A DNA stretch of 32,000 nucleotides from Candidatus Saccharimonadota bacterium (lineage in GTDB: Bacteria > Bacteroidota > Bacteroidia > Cytophagales > Amoebophilaceae), in contig NZ_OZ239769.1 in the NCBI RefSeq assembly GCF_965196625.1, positions 60,001 through 92,000 of the forward strand, written 5' to 3'. The notes under the pieces are model-generated. The model had not been told where the DNA came from. It saw nothing but the letters and a program-made list of their open reading frames with translations, and did not search any database. How positions within the stretch are numbered: position 1 is the stretch's first letter; the number at the start of each line of letters is the position of its first letter. Positions 1 to 8,576 of this stretch are shown piece after piece. The position numbers and the translations under genes were made by a program.

Positions 1-276
1 TAAGTGCCCTGAGATGCCTTCTATAGATATCTTTTTAATCCTGAAGCCCATACCATTATTTTTTATATGTTCATTTTCAGATGTAAACAATATATGTATA
101 GGAATCCTTTGATCTTCAAAATATCCTGTCTGGTTGTCTGACCTAAGTGAAACGGTATAACTCGGTGTCTGTCTTGATAAGTCTTGTTGAGCTCCCCTAT
201 GGAAAAAACAAGCTTGCAAAGTGTTCAAAATGATCACTAAAAATAGTTTGAATAAATAAAATAATGGATGCATCAT
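1..276 (-). CDS. Partial CDS (first 92 codons; continues beyond the window start): putative lipoprotein
   Basis: Not in the ORF track because it runs off the edge. My reverse-complement translation from the ATG at 276 gives MMHPLFYLFKLFLVIILNTLQACFFHRGAQQDLSRQTPSYTVSL... with no stop down to position 1. It has a hydrophobic leader followed by a lipobox-like LQAC. Confidence 0.45.
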   Translation of the reverse strand, partial: MMHPLFYLFKLFLVIILNTLQACFFHRGAQQDLSRQTPSYTVSLRSDNQTGYFEDQRIPIHILFTSENEHIKNNGMGFRIKKISIEGISGHL

Positions 277-391
277 TTGAGTATTTATTGAAGGTTTTGA
301 TAATTAAGATTTATTTAATATTTTTATGTTAAAATGGGTTTGTATAAATATTTATTTTGTATGTAATACCTACATAATTAAATGGGTTAGT

Positions 392-972
392 TTATAGGTT
401 GTACTGTAAGAAAAGACCCACTAATAATCCGCTAGTTCCTTTATCTTTAAAAAACCCAATACAAGGACCTATTCCTATACCAATAGTCCATTTTGATTGA
501 AATAAAAAGTATAATGGAGCCCTAAGGTTACTCTGATATCCCACCCATTCCGATTTGGCAATCCAAAAATAATAGCCTGATAAGGACCATATTCTATAAT
601 AGGTCCTAGAGACAAACTGATGTAATGGTGCGCATTTATAGCACAAAGTGTATATAAAAACGAGGGTGCAATGACCCATCGCATATGTTTTTTATAGTTA
701 AATTTAACAGGTGAAATACCTCCACTTAAGTGCAAGGCTATCGATGGACTCAGATGCCCATGATAATAGATACCATAACACATCTGATGATCCGGCATTC
801 TATGCCAAACTAGACCTACAGATTTACAACCTTCTGTATGTCTTAAAAATGGTGATTTAACTTCTTTTACATGACTAACTGTGTAACTAGTATGATTTCC
901 TAAATCTTCTTTGCCCTGCAAAGGAGTATAAAACATTAAAAGCAGTATAAATATTTTGCGAAAGTATTGCAT
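392..972 (-). pseudogene. Signal-peptide outer-membrane beta-barrel-like protein (tentatively PagL/acyloxyacyl-hydrolase-like), apparently split by a frameshift near 480-510
   Basis: ORF 475..972 starts with a signal-like MQYFRKIFILLLMFYTPLQG and has alternating beta-strand-like segments. The overlapping ORF 392..679 in another frame ends ...TIGIGIGPCIGFFKDKGTSGLLVGLFLQYNL, which looks like a terminal OMP beta-strand. Joining the two frames would give one ~190-aa barrel. The family assignment is weak. Confidence 0.4.
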
Positions 973-1051
973 ATTTATAAAAATTTATGAATTATACAAA
1001 ACTTTTTTGATAAAAGCAATAGATTTAAAATTATTTTTTATATTTTTATGA

Positions 1052-2902
1052 ATGAACCAAAATATTTCTATAGTATTTGCTTTTTTGATAGGCTATCAGC
1101 TGTTCTTTTACCTACATCTACTCTATTTAAATGATATAGCCCTTATACCTGATGCATTGGCTACACTCCTATCTTATTGTATAGCTGTGCAACATAACTG
1201 GATGGTGAATAGCCTATACGTACTATGCTTACTCCATTATCAATATGATAAAGTCATTAGGTTGATGGAAAGACTTAAACAAAAATGGCACTTTAACAGT
1301 TTGTTAATATTAGGTTGGGCGGTGCTTTTCTGTTGTTATGTAATGTATTACCCTATATTTTGGGTAAAAGGGAATTTCCATATCTGGTTATATCCCCTAC
1401 TTTTTTTATTAGTTACCTGTGTAATCTCATTGGATAACGATAAAGGGCATTCCCAACTGATCAATCCCACTAAGACGCAAAACAGAGAAAAGAATATCAC
1501 ATTACCTGCAGATAATGGACAATTACCCATTAATAATCCACAAAGGGGGATATACATTTTAGGAAACCAAGGTAGTGGCAAGACGCGCTATGTATTGGAG
1601 CCTATATTATACGCATTGATAAAAAAAGGTTATGCTGGAATCATCTATGATTATGACTTTGAAGGAAGACCCACTGCACTTGATCACAACTACTGTCTTA
1701 CAAAGTTCGCTTTTAACTGTTTTTTACAGTTCTGCGATCCTACTACATTTCAATTCCATAGCATCAATTTTACCTCTCTTAGACATAGTATACGCGTCAA
1801 CCCTATTGCACCAAGATATATTCTAAACAGGGCCTACTTAGAGGAATACACCAGTGTACTATTACATAACCTGGTTCCGGATAAAAAAGATGATTTTTGG
1901 AACCTAAGTACCAAAACATTGCTAAAAGGGATGATTGTTTTTTTGGCTAATAGAAGACCTCGGTGTTGTACCTTACCGCATGTTTTAGTACTGGCTACCA
2001 AACCTATTGCTAGCATATTTAAACTGATTGAAAAAGATGACGAAGCAGCTAGTTACGCTAGTTCTATATTGGATGCTTTTAAGGGTGGAGAAAAAACAGC
2101 GGGGCAGCTGGTAGGTGTTATAGCTACCTTTAAAACGAACTTGCAAATCCTTTTAAATAAAGATTTATTTTGGGTATTAAGCGGGGATGATTTAGACTTA
2201 ACGATCAATGATAGCGGGAAACCAACGATCCTGTGTATAGGTAATCATCCATCTGCTAAATCTGCCTTCTCACCGGTTATCTCGCTATTGCTAACGGTTT
2301 GCTTTAAAGCTATGTATGGCCATAATAGAACCAAAAGTTTTGTAGCCATAGATGAGTTGCCCACATTGTTTATTCCAGGGTTAGCAGAATTACCGGCTAC
2401 TGCTAGAAAATATGGCATCAGCACAGTGGCTTGCCTGCAATCTAATGCACAGTTAGAACATACCTACGGTAGCATAGGAGCTAAACGTATACAGGATACC
2501 TTCGTCAATAAGATTATTGGTAATGTAGAAGGAGCTTCTGCTGACTGGGCTAGTCACCTAATGGGCAAAAAGGAAAAAAAAGTAGCTTCTTCTTCTTCCT
2601 CAACTAGTCATTACCAAAGTGGTCGTACAGAAACAGCTGGAGAAGGCATCCATCTACAAGAAAAACCTATTCTTTCCCCGCAAGATTTTATGGAATTTAA
2701 AGTGGGAGAGTTTGCTGGAAGGGTAGTTGAAAGCAATCAAGCCTTCTTCAAATACAAGTTGAAGAAGGTAAATAGTTTTGATAAAAAGTTTGAAAATCAC
2801 AAACTAAAGAATTTGAAAGAGTGCTATCAATATGTGGATATTGAGCAAAATTTTAAAAAAATACACCAAGAGATAGATGTTTTAATAGATAGGCGTTCAT
2901 AA
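1052..2902 (+). CDS. traG: Type IV secretion/conjugative coupling protein (TraG/TraD/VirD4 family ATPase)
   Basis: 616-aa ORF. The N-terminal part is hydrophobic (TM helices). It has a Walker A GNQGSGKT and a Walker-B-like FVAIDELPTL, followed by ARKYGIS...CLQS, typical of T4CPs. No other tra genes are adjacent. Confidence 0.85.
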   Translation: MNQNISIVFAFLIGYQLFFYLHLLYLNDIALIPDALATLLSYCIAVQHNWMVNSLYVLCLLHYQYDKVIRLMERLKQKWHFNSLLILGWAVLFCCYVMYYPIFWVKGNFHIWLYPLLFLLVTCVISLDNDKGHSQLINPTKTQNREKNITLPADNGQLPINNPQRGIYILGNQGSGKTRYVLEPILYALIKKGYAGIIYDYDFEGRPTALDHNYCLTKFAFNCFLQFCDPTTFQFHSINFTSLRHSIRVNPIAPRYILNRAYLEEYTSVLLHNLVPDKKDDFWNLSTKTLLKGMIVFLANRRPRCCTLPHVLVLATKPIASIFKLIEKDDEAASYASSILDAFKGGEKTAGQLVGVIATFKTNLQILLNKDLFWVLSGDDLDLTINDSGKPTILCIGNHPSAKSAFSPVISLLLTVCFKAMYGHNRTKSFVAIDELPTLFIPGLAELPATARKYGISTVACLQSNAQLEHTYGSIGAKRIQDTFVNKIIGNVEGASADWASHLMGKKEKKVASSSSSTSHYQSGRTETAGEGIHLQEKPILSPQDFMEFKVGEFAGRVVESNQAFFKYKLKKVNSFDKKFENHKLKNLKECYQYVDIEQNFKKIHQEIDVLIDRRS

Positions 2903-3017
2903 GACACCGTAACTACATAATGCTCTTAAGCTGAGAACGAGATAGACCGGTTAACCGAAGAACGGCTCTGTCCACTTATTAAGTGTCGTACGTTTGTATT
3001 ATAGGATTATGTTAATT

Positions 3018-3156
3018 AAAGAGCTGGAATAAGGTTGCTTAAGTGCTGGTATTAGATGCCGTTTTACACGTTGCGCCCCCAGCTCTTTTCATCTTAAAAA
3101 CTGAATAGTTCGTTGGCCCTTAGCGCCCATGTTTGCGACGATAGTTTATAAGATGA
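3018..3156 (+). ncRNA. Candidate IS110 bridge RNA: two adjacent long stem-loops in the non-coding left end
   Basis: AAAGAGCTGG (3018-3027) is the perfect reverse complement of CCAGCTCTTT (3079-3088). TCATCTTAAAAACT (3089-3102) pairs with AGTTTATAAGATGA (3143-3156) at 13/14 positions. Each stem encloses a 40-50 nt loop region. The position (upstream of the recombinase gene) and the size fit IS110-group bridge RNAs. Expression has not been shown. Confidence 0.4.
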
Positions 3157-3183
3157 GTCAATTTAGTATAAACTTCTAATAAT

Positions 3184-4159
3184 ATGAAATATATAGGCAT
3201 TGATATATCAAAAAGCAGCTTTGTAGCTGCTTTTTCTCAAGGTGAAGGATTTACTACGTCTAAATATACAAATGATTTAAATGGGATTAATCTATTTTTA
3301 GCTCAACTTGATAGATCCTTTCATCACTGTGTTTTAGAAGCCACTGGCAATTATGGCGCTTTATTAGTAGAAGATGCTTATAGCAGCTGAGCTAGCTGTT
3401 TCAGTTGTTAATCCAAGGCAAATCAAACACTTTGTTAAGGCAATGCATCATATAACTAAAACCGATAAGGTAGATGCGCAACTTATTGCTTTATATGGTG
3501 CTAAGATGGAACCTAAATCCTACCAAATGCCTGTAGCCAGTATCCAAGCCTTAAAGCAACAAAAAACACTTCTTTCACAGTTGAAAAAACAACTGACGAT
3601 GTCTTATAATTTGTTAGAGTCTTTTAGTGTGTTGCCTAAAACAGATGCTGTAACCTTAAAAGTGATCAATCAAAATATAGCTTCTTTAGAAGCACAAATA
3701 GCATTCTTAGAACAAGAAATGCTTACTATTACACAGGAACGCTGTAAAGAACTCTATACACAGATCAGTTCTATTAAAGGTCTTGGCAATAGAACGACTA
3801 TGGAGCTTATCGTTGCCACTGGTGGCGGTCACCATTTTGAAAGTGCTAAGCAGTTCTCTAAATACATTGGGTTAGCGCCTACCTATGAACATTCAGGCTC
3901 ATCTATAAGAAAAAAAGGCCATATTAATCGTCATGGAAACTCCCAATTACGTTCTTTGCTCTATGTGGCGTCTTGGTCAGCTATACGCTTTAATAAGGCC
4001 TGTAAGGACTTTTATGAGTGGTTAAAAGAAAGGGGTAAGCCTAGTAAAGTGGCACTGATTGCAGTAGCTAACAAGCTTATTAGACAAGTATTTGCTATTA
4101 TGCGCGACAATACTTTTTATGTAGATGGCCATGTATCTAAACTAAAGGTCAGCTCTTAG
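3184..4159 (+). pseudogene. IS110-family (DEDD) transposase, split by a frameshift at ~3365-3390 (ORFs 3184..3390 and 3374..4159)
   Basis: N-terminus MKYIGIDISKSSFVAAF...LEATGNYG is a DEDD_Tnp_IS110-type start. The second ORF has VSVVNPRQIKHF and IKGLGNRTTMELIVATG...YIGLAPTYEHSGSS, the Transposase_20-type C-terminal domain. The two halves are in different frames. Confidence 0.85.
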
Positions 4160-4228
4160 CCTGCCTAAAGAGGAAAGATAATAATTTATAATTTGATTAT
4201 GAATATAAATTAAAAATATAACAGTTAT

Positions 4229-4276
4229 GATGTGGACTTATGGATAACTTTATCAAGTTATCCATAAATCCACATC
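4229..4276. repeat. 22-bp inverted repeat / hairpin (21 of 22 paired, 4-nt loop TATC) downstream of the transposase stop, probably subterminal in the IS right end
   Basis: GATGTGGACTTATGGATAACTT tatc AAGTTATCCATAAATCCACATC, read directly from the sequence. Confidence 0.8.
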
Positions 4277-4374
4277 GCAATCAAAATAAACCTTAACAAC
4301 CAAATATTTTTATCACAAAAAATTTGCTTATTAACATAGTTCGTGTAAATTATTTTTTAGATTTTATATTTCTG

Positions 4375-4527
4375 TAAATAATACCACTGAAAACGAAAGA
4401 CTCTTCTGCTCACTTGAATACTAAATTGGTAGGTAGTGCGTTAAGGAAATTGGGGTTTGATAGGGTCAAGCGAAGGACAAATAGAGGGTCTTTATATGGG
4501 TATTGCGTTGAGTTTATTGACTCGTAA
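4375..4527 (+). pseudogene. C-terminal relic (~48 codons) of a primase/helicase-like (VirE/DUF3987-type) mobile-element protein
   Basis: Manual translation gives ...TKDSSAHLNTKLVGSALRKLGFDRVKRRTNRGSLYGYCVEFIDS*. The LGxALRKLGF...G..Y.Y.V tail resembles the C-termini of Bacteroidota conjugative-element primase/helicase proteins. There is an in-frame stop just upstream and no start codon, so it is a fragment next to the IS right end. Confidence 0.3.
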
Positions 4528-4639
4528 AGGTGTGTTTATAACTGATTTTATTTGCTTTTTAATAAAAATTTTTTGAAAATTGCATAAATGTTTTTGTGTA
4601 TCACACATTTCTTAAAAATTAATTAATAAAAATAAACAT

Positions 4640-5775
4640 ATGTTAAATAAAAAGTTCGTTCTTTGCTATACATTAACGTTAGCTGGGTGTAATACCATGA
4701 ACCAAAGTCATAATATGTTTCGACCTAGTCAAGGTATGTATCATGCACTTGAAAGTGATAGTAAGGTAATAAGTAGAGGTGAAAGTATTAAGAATAAATT
4801 AAAAAAGAATGATAAGAATTTCTTGATTGATATTATTAAGTTTAATGCTAAATCAATTAAAGAAAAGTATGACCGTATTGGTGCAGATGATATGCATATT
4901 TTTACATTTCGTCAAACACTTATGCAAGGTGCTGTTCCTAATGCTAATATTACAGATAGCGACATTCAAAGTTTGTTCGATGCTGTTTCTTCTAATAATG
5001 AATCAAATATTAACGAAATTTCAGATCGTATTGCCACTTCTATGTTGAAGGCGTTTGAAGGACCAATATTCGGTTCGGGTCCTATATTTAAAGACTATCG
5101 ACCTTTGTTTGATAAAATTAAATGTTACTTAGCTAATCTAAATAAGGGTGACTTGATTTCTGCTATTAAAAACTATACCAATGGTCTTAATAAAAAGCCT
5201 GAATATAAAGATCAACATGAACTTGATAATGATACTAAGATTTCGTTATTTCATTTCGTGCTGCGATTATAGACCCTATTTTCCCTAAGAATAGCAGTAT
5301 AGATACATGTAGTCAAAATTCGTTAAATATTCCTAAAGTTAATATTACAGATAACGATATCCAAGGTTTACTGGATGCTTGCTCTTCTAATAATGAATCA
5401 AATATTAACGAAATTTCAGATCGTATTGCTACTTCTATGTTGTATGCTTTTAATGCATTAAACTCTCAATTTGTACATCTTAAGATTAAATATTCATTGG
5501 AAGATAAAGATAAGAATACCGTTATTTCTGATATTGTAACTTATGCTTTGCATCTCAATAAAAAACTTGATAATAAGGAGCAACACAAGCTTGATAATAG
5601 TACTAAGGTTGGATTATTTCGTGCTGTGATTATAAATCCTATTGTTCCTAACTCTAATATTTCAGATAAAGCAATTCAAGATTTATTGGATACTGTTGGT
5701 ACTAATGGCAATGATCAATTTTACGAAGTTGCTAATTTTATTGCCCAAGCTATGTTGAATGGCTTTCATAAATAG
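4640..5775 (+). pseudogene. Tandem-repeat lipoprotein gene (three ~115-130-aa modules) interrupted by a 5-bp duplication; ORFs 4640..5272 and (5258)..5775
   Basis: The leader MLNKKFVLCYTLTLAGC carries a lipobox. The module NITDxDIQxLxDAxSSNNESNINEISDRIATSML occurs at ~4940-5046 and ~5340-5443 (near-identical DNA) and in diverged form at ~5650-5760. ATTTC is tandemly duplicated at 5248-5257 relative to the paralogous module at ~5612. Removing one copy joins the two frames (LFRAAIIDPIFP versus LFRAVIINPIVP). Confidence 0.6.
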
Positions 5776-5874
5776 TGACTTTCATAAATTATGAAGTTAC
5801 ACAGTGGAGATTAGGTTTATCGAGGTAGGTAGGCCCTCACGGGCTTTCCTCCTCACACCACGAGTCTTTCATTC

Positions 5875-6130
5875 TAAGTGTCATACGTTTGTATTATACG
5901 ATTATCTTAATTAAAGATCTGGAATAAGGTCGCTCAAGTGCTGGTATTAGATTCCGTTTTACACGTTCCGCCCCCAGCTCTTTTCATCTTAAAAACTGAA
6001 TAGCTCATTGGCCCTTAGAGCCCGTGTTTGCGACGATAGTTTATAAGATGAGTCAATTTAGTATAAACTTCTAATAATATGAAATATAGGCATTTATATA
6101 TCAAAAAGCAGCTTTGTAGTTGCTCTTTCC
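5875..6130 (+). mobile_element. Solo, decayed copy of the IS110 left end (bridge-RNA region plus first ~60 nt of the transposase gene)
   Basis: About 90% identical by eye to 2980..3238. It carries a 2-bp deletion in the start of the transposase gene (ATGAAATATAGGCATT versus ATGAAATATATAGGCATT) and a substitution that breaks the first stem (AAAGATCTGG). Similarity ends at ~6130. Confidence 0.8.
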
Positions 6131-6603
6131 TAATCTATTCGTTAAAATAACATCACCAGGCTGTTTATCGGTCAAATCATAAGTAGCATAGGTCACTAAA
6201 ACCGACTTCCTTAAAAAAGCAATACCGCATTCTACTACCTCTTTTACATGGGGATATTGAAATAGTTCGTTTTAATTTGATTGCCACGTGTTATATGCCT
6301 AATATCTAAGAAAAAAGATTTAAACCTCATAAAATCGTCCTTTCTGGCTGCACTAAAAACGTGTCATGAGGATTGCCACTTTTTTCATTCATTATAGTTA
6401 GTTGTGTGCTTCTTTAAACCCTGAGGTAGATAAAAACCCTAAATTGATTCAGTTAAAAATAGATCAATGTATGACATTAACTTGCATTTGTATGTTCTTT
6501 TTTATATGAATTTACCTTATATTATGCAAATCTTTCGCAATCAAATAAAGTTAACATATTAGACTACATTTACCTAATATAGTCATATACATTTATATTA
6601 TAT

Positions 6604-7407
6604 GTGCACATAAATCCATATTGCCATTTGTTAAAAAATGGCATAATCCACCAAATAAATAACCTAACGCTTACTAAATCAAAAAACCACATGTTAATGC
6701 ATGCAAAAGATGACCATGAGAATACTTTCCTGCATTGGGCAGCAGTCACTAATGATACAGATTACCTTAAAAAACTGCTTAAGATTGAAGGCATTAACGT
6801 AAATGCAAAAAATAAATATGGTGACACCTCACTGCATTTTGCAGCATGTGAAGGTAATGTAGAACATATTCAACTGTTATTGAAAATAAAAGAAATTAAT
6901 GTCAATATTAAAAATAAGGATGGTGATACTGGACTGCATTTGGCAGTATATGCAAATCATTTAAATATTGTTCAAGTATTATTGGACCAACCTTTTATTA
7001 ACGTAAATAGTAAAGGCAAAGATGGCTTGACGCCACTTCATTTAGCAACCAATGACGGTCATGTAGAGGCCGTTGAACTATTATTGAATACAATAGGCAT
7101 TGATATCAACGCCAGAGATAAAGATGATAATACGCCCTTACATTTAGCGGCATACGGTGGAAAAATAGAAGTAGTACAACTTCTACTGGAGCATAAATCT
7201 TTAAATATCAATGCAAAAAACAAATACAGCAGTACTGCGTTGCATTTGGCAACTTGTCAGGCGCACTTAGAAGTGTCTAAAATATTACTTAAAACAAAAG
7301 GTATTGATGTACGCATTAAAAATCAGTATGACCAAACGCCTGTTGATATAGCCAAATGGTCTTTTTACCATGAATATGTTGATCAATTACGTCAGTCATA
7401 TGCATAG
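6604..7407 (+). CDS. Ankyrin-repeat protein (about 6-7 ANK repeats)
   Basis: Repeated G-D/x-T-x-LH-x-A...G-H/N-x-x-x-V-x-LLL units, for example DGDTGLHLAVYANHLNIVQVLL, GLTPLHLATNDGHVEAVELLL, DNTPLHLAAYGGKIEVVQLLL. The listed start is GTG at 6604; ATG (MLMHAKDD...) at ~6691 is an alternative. Confidence 0.9.
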   Translation: MHINPYCHLLKNGIIHQINNLTLTKSKNHMLMHAKDDHENTFLHWAAVTNDTDYLKKLLKIEGINVNAKNKYGDTSLHFAACEGNVEHIQLLLKIKEINVNIKNKDGDTGLHLAVYANHLNIVQVLLDQPFINVNSKGKDGLTPLHLATNDGHVEAVELLLNTIGIDINARDKDDNTPLHLAAYGGKIEVVQLLLEHKSLNINAKNKYSSTALHLATCQAHLEVSKILLKTKGIDVRIKNQYDQTPVDIAKWSFYHEYVDQLRQSYA

Positions 7408-7703
7408 AAACGGTATGCACTAATAAAATACAAATGTATATTTATGAACCTATTCAGACAACTGATTTATGGTTAAAAAATATAACTGAGAAGGCTTAAA
7501 AAAGAATTTGCTTGCAGTCCTTTTCTAGGCTGTAAACCAGACAAAATATTCGATGAATCTTTTATACACGACCTTTTAAAGACCGCCAAGTTGATCATAA
7601 AGTATCTAAATTTATAAGCAACCGCCTACAGAAGAAAAGTTCCTTTCATGAAATACATCAATCTACCAAGAGGGTCATTTGCTATTGAAATTAGATTAAC
7701 CAT

Positions 7704-7967
7704 CTATGGTACATTGTTTTTTTTAGCTTTACGTTTTCTAAGGAATTCATCTCTATACTTAACTGAATCTGGTCTACTTTCAATTTTTTTTCCTTTTAGA
7801 AATGCAGCCACAGCCTGATACAAGAACTCTTTTTGAGTCATGTTTTTCCAATAACAATAATCTTGAATCTTCTCAATCATATTGACTGGTAAAACTGTGA
7901 GTATTTTTCGTGTCTCAATGCTTTTATCAGTAGCAGTTGCATTACCTTGATCCCCTTCTTCTTTCAT
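7704..7967 (-). CDS. Small ribbon-helix-helix-like (CopG/ParG-type) protein, possibly a partition or regulatory relic of a mobile element
   Basis: 87 aa. KILTVLPVNMIEKIQDYC (strand plus helix) is followed by TQKEFLYQAVAAFL (second helix) and a basic tail. The fold call is pattern-based only. Confidence 0.35.
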   Translation of the reverse strand: MKEEGDQGNATATDKSIETRKILTVLPVNMIEKIQDYCYWKNMTQKEFLYQAVAAFLKGKKIESRPDSVKYRDEFLRKRKAKKNNVP

Positions 7968-8004
7968 TTTTTATTGTGTTTTGGTTGAAATTGAAGTAAC
8001 CAGA

Positions 8005-8021
8005 TCTAAATCTGATTTAGA
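8005..8021. promoter_or_regulatory. Perfect palindrome TCTAAATC-T-GATTTAGA 38-54 nt upstream of the RHH-like gene start; possible operator
   Basis: Read directly from the sequence. The functional link is inferred from RHH proteins commonly autoregulating through upstream palindromes. Confidence 0.2.
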
Positions 8022-8520
8022 AATTGTTTCTTAGTATACAATCAGCAAACATACCATATATATGCATACATATGAATATAATCAAACAATTAATACAAAC
8101 AAAGCAGTCTCTCTTTAAAAGCCCCAACACAGGGGTTTATCTAAAATCTAAACAGATTATACTACCTAGTCGACCCTGAAGTATTATTATGAGCTAGGGA
8201 TTATACTATATTTTAATATGATAATCAGCATAAATAAAAATTTATTTTACAGAGTTTATTCCATATATATTTATATATAACAACTTAACAATGAATAATA
8301 CTGGTTATCAATGTGTTTATATATTGTATATTAATAAAACTAGATAAAATACTTGTTTAGTAGATGCACATATTAATGAATTAAGTAATATTAAATATCT
8401 GTACTAGAGTAAAGAAATGGTTCGACAACTTAAAATTAAGCACACCTGATGCTGTTGATTACTCATACTACCGCAACTGGTTAACTTTATTCTTCATTGT
8501 TTACCCATTCCCTTCTCATC

Positions 8521-8553
8521 CCACCGTACGTTCAGTTTTCCCGAATACGGCGG
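8521..8553 (-). ncRNA. Group II intron domain V
   Basis: The minus strand reads CCGCCGUAU-UCGG-GAAAA-CUGA-AC-GUACGGUGG. It has a lower stem, a 2-nt AC bulge, an upper stem and a GAAA-like loop. The triad position reads CGC, as in IIC introns, instead of AGC. Confidence 0.8.
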
Positions 8554-8576
8554 CCCGACAGTCTTCTTCATAAACC

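Larger units (their letters stand above)
2980..4345 (+). mobile_element. IS110-family insertion sequence (left end defined by comparison with the second copy at 5875; right end approximate)
   Basis: The left boundary is where similarity to the 5875..6130 copy begins (TAAGTGTC...). It contains a ~200-nt non-coding left end plus the IS110-type transposase. The right end is guessed at ~4336-4348 from short matches to the left-end loops (see findings). Confidence 0.7.

Noticed and set aside
1348-2016. ORFs 1348..1581 (-), 1632..1826 (+) and 1834..2016 (-)
   Set aside because: They are nested in or antisense to the TraG-like gene, and none has a supporting feature.
6131-6440. Possible minus-strand gene relic (…NPHDTFLVQPERTIL* and …VKEVVECGIAFLRKSVLVTYATYDLTDKQPGDVILTNRL), vaguely like the N-terminus of Rpn/YhgA-type nuclease-transposases
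   Set aside because: The fragments are short, interrupted by stops, and the resemblance rests on a PHD.F tetrapeptide only.
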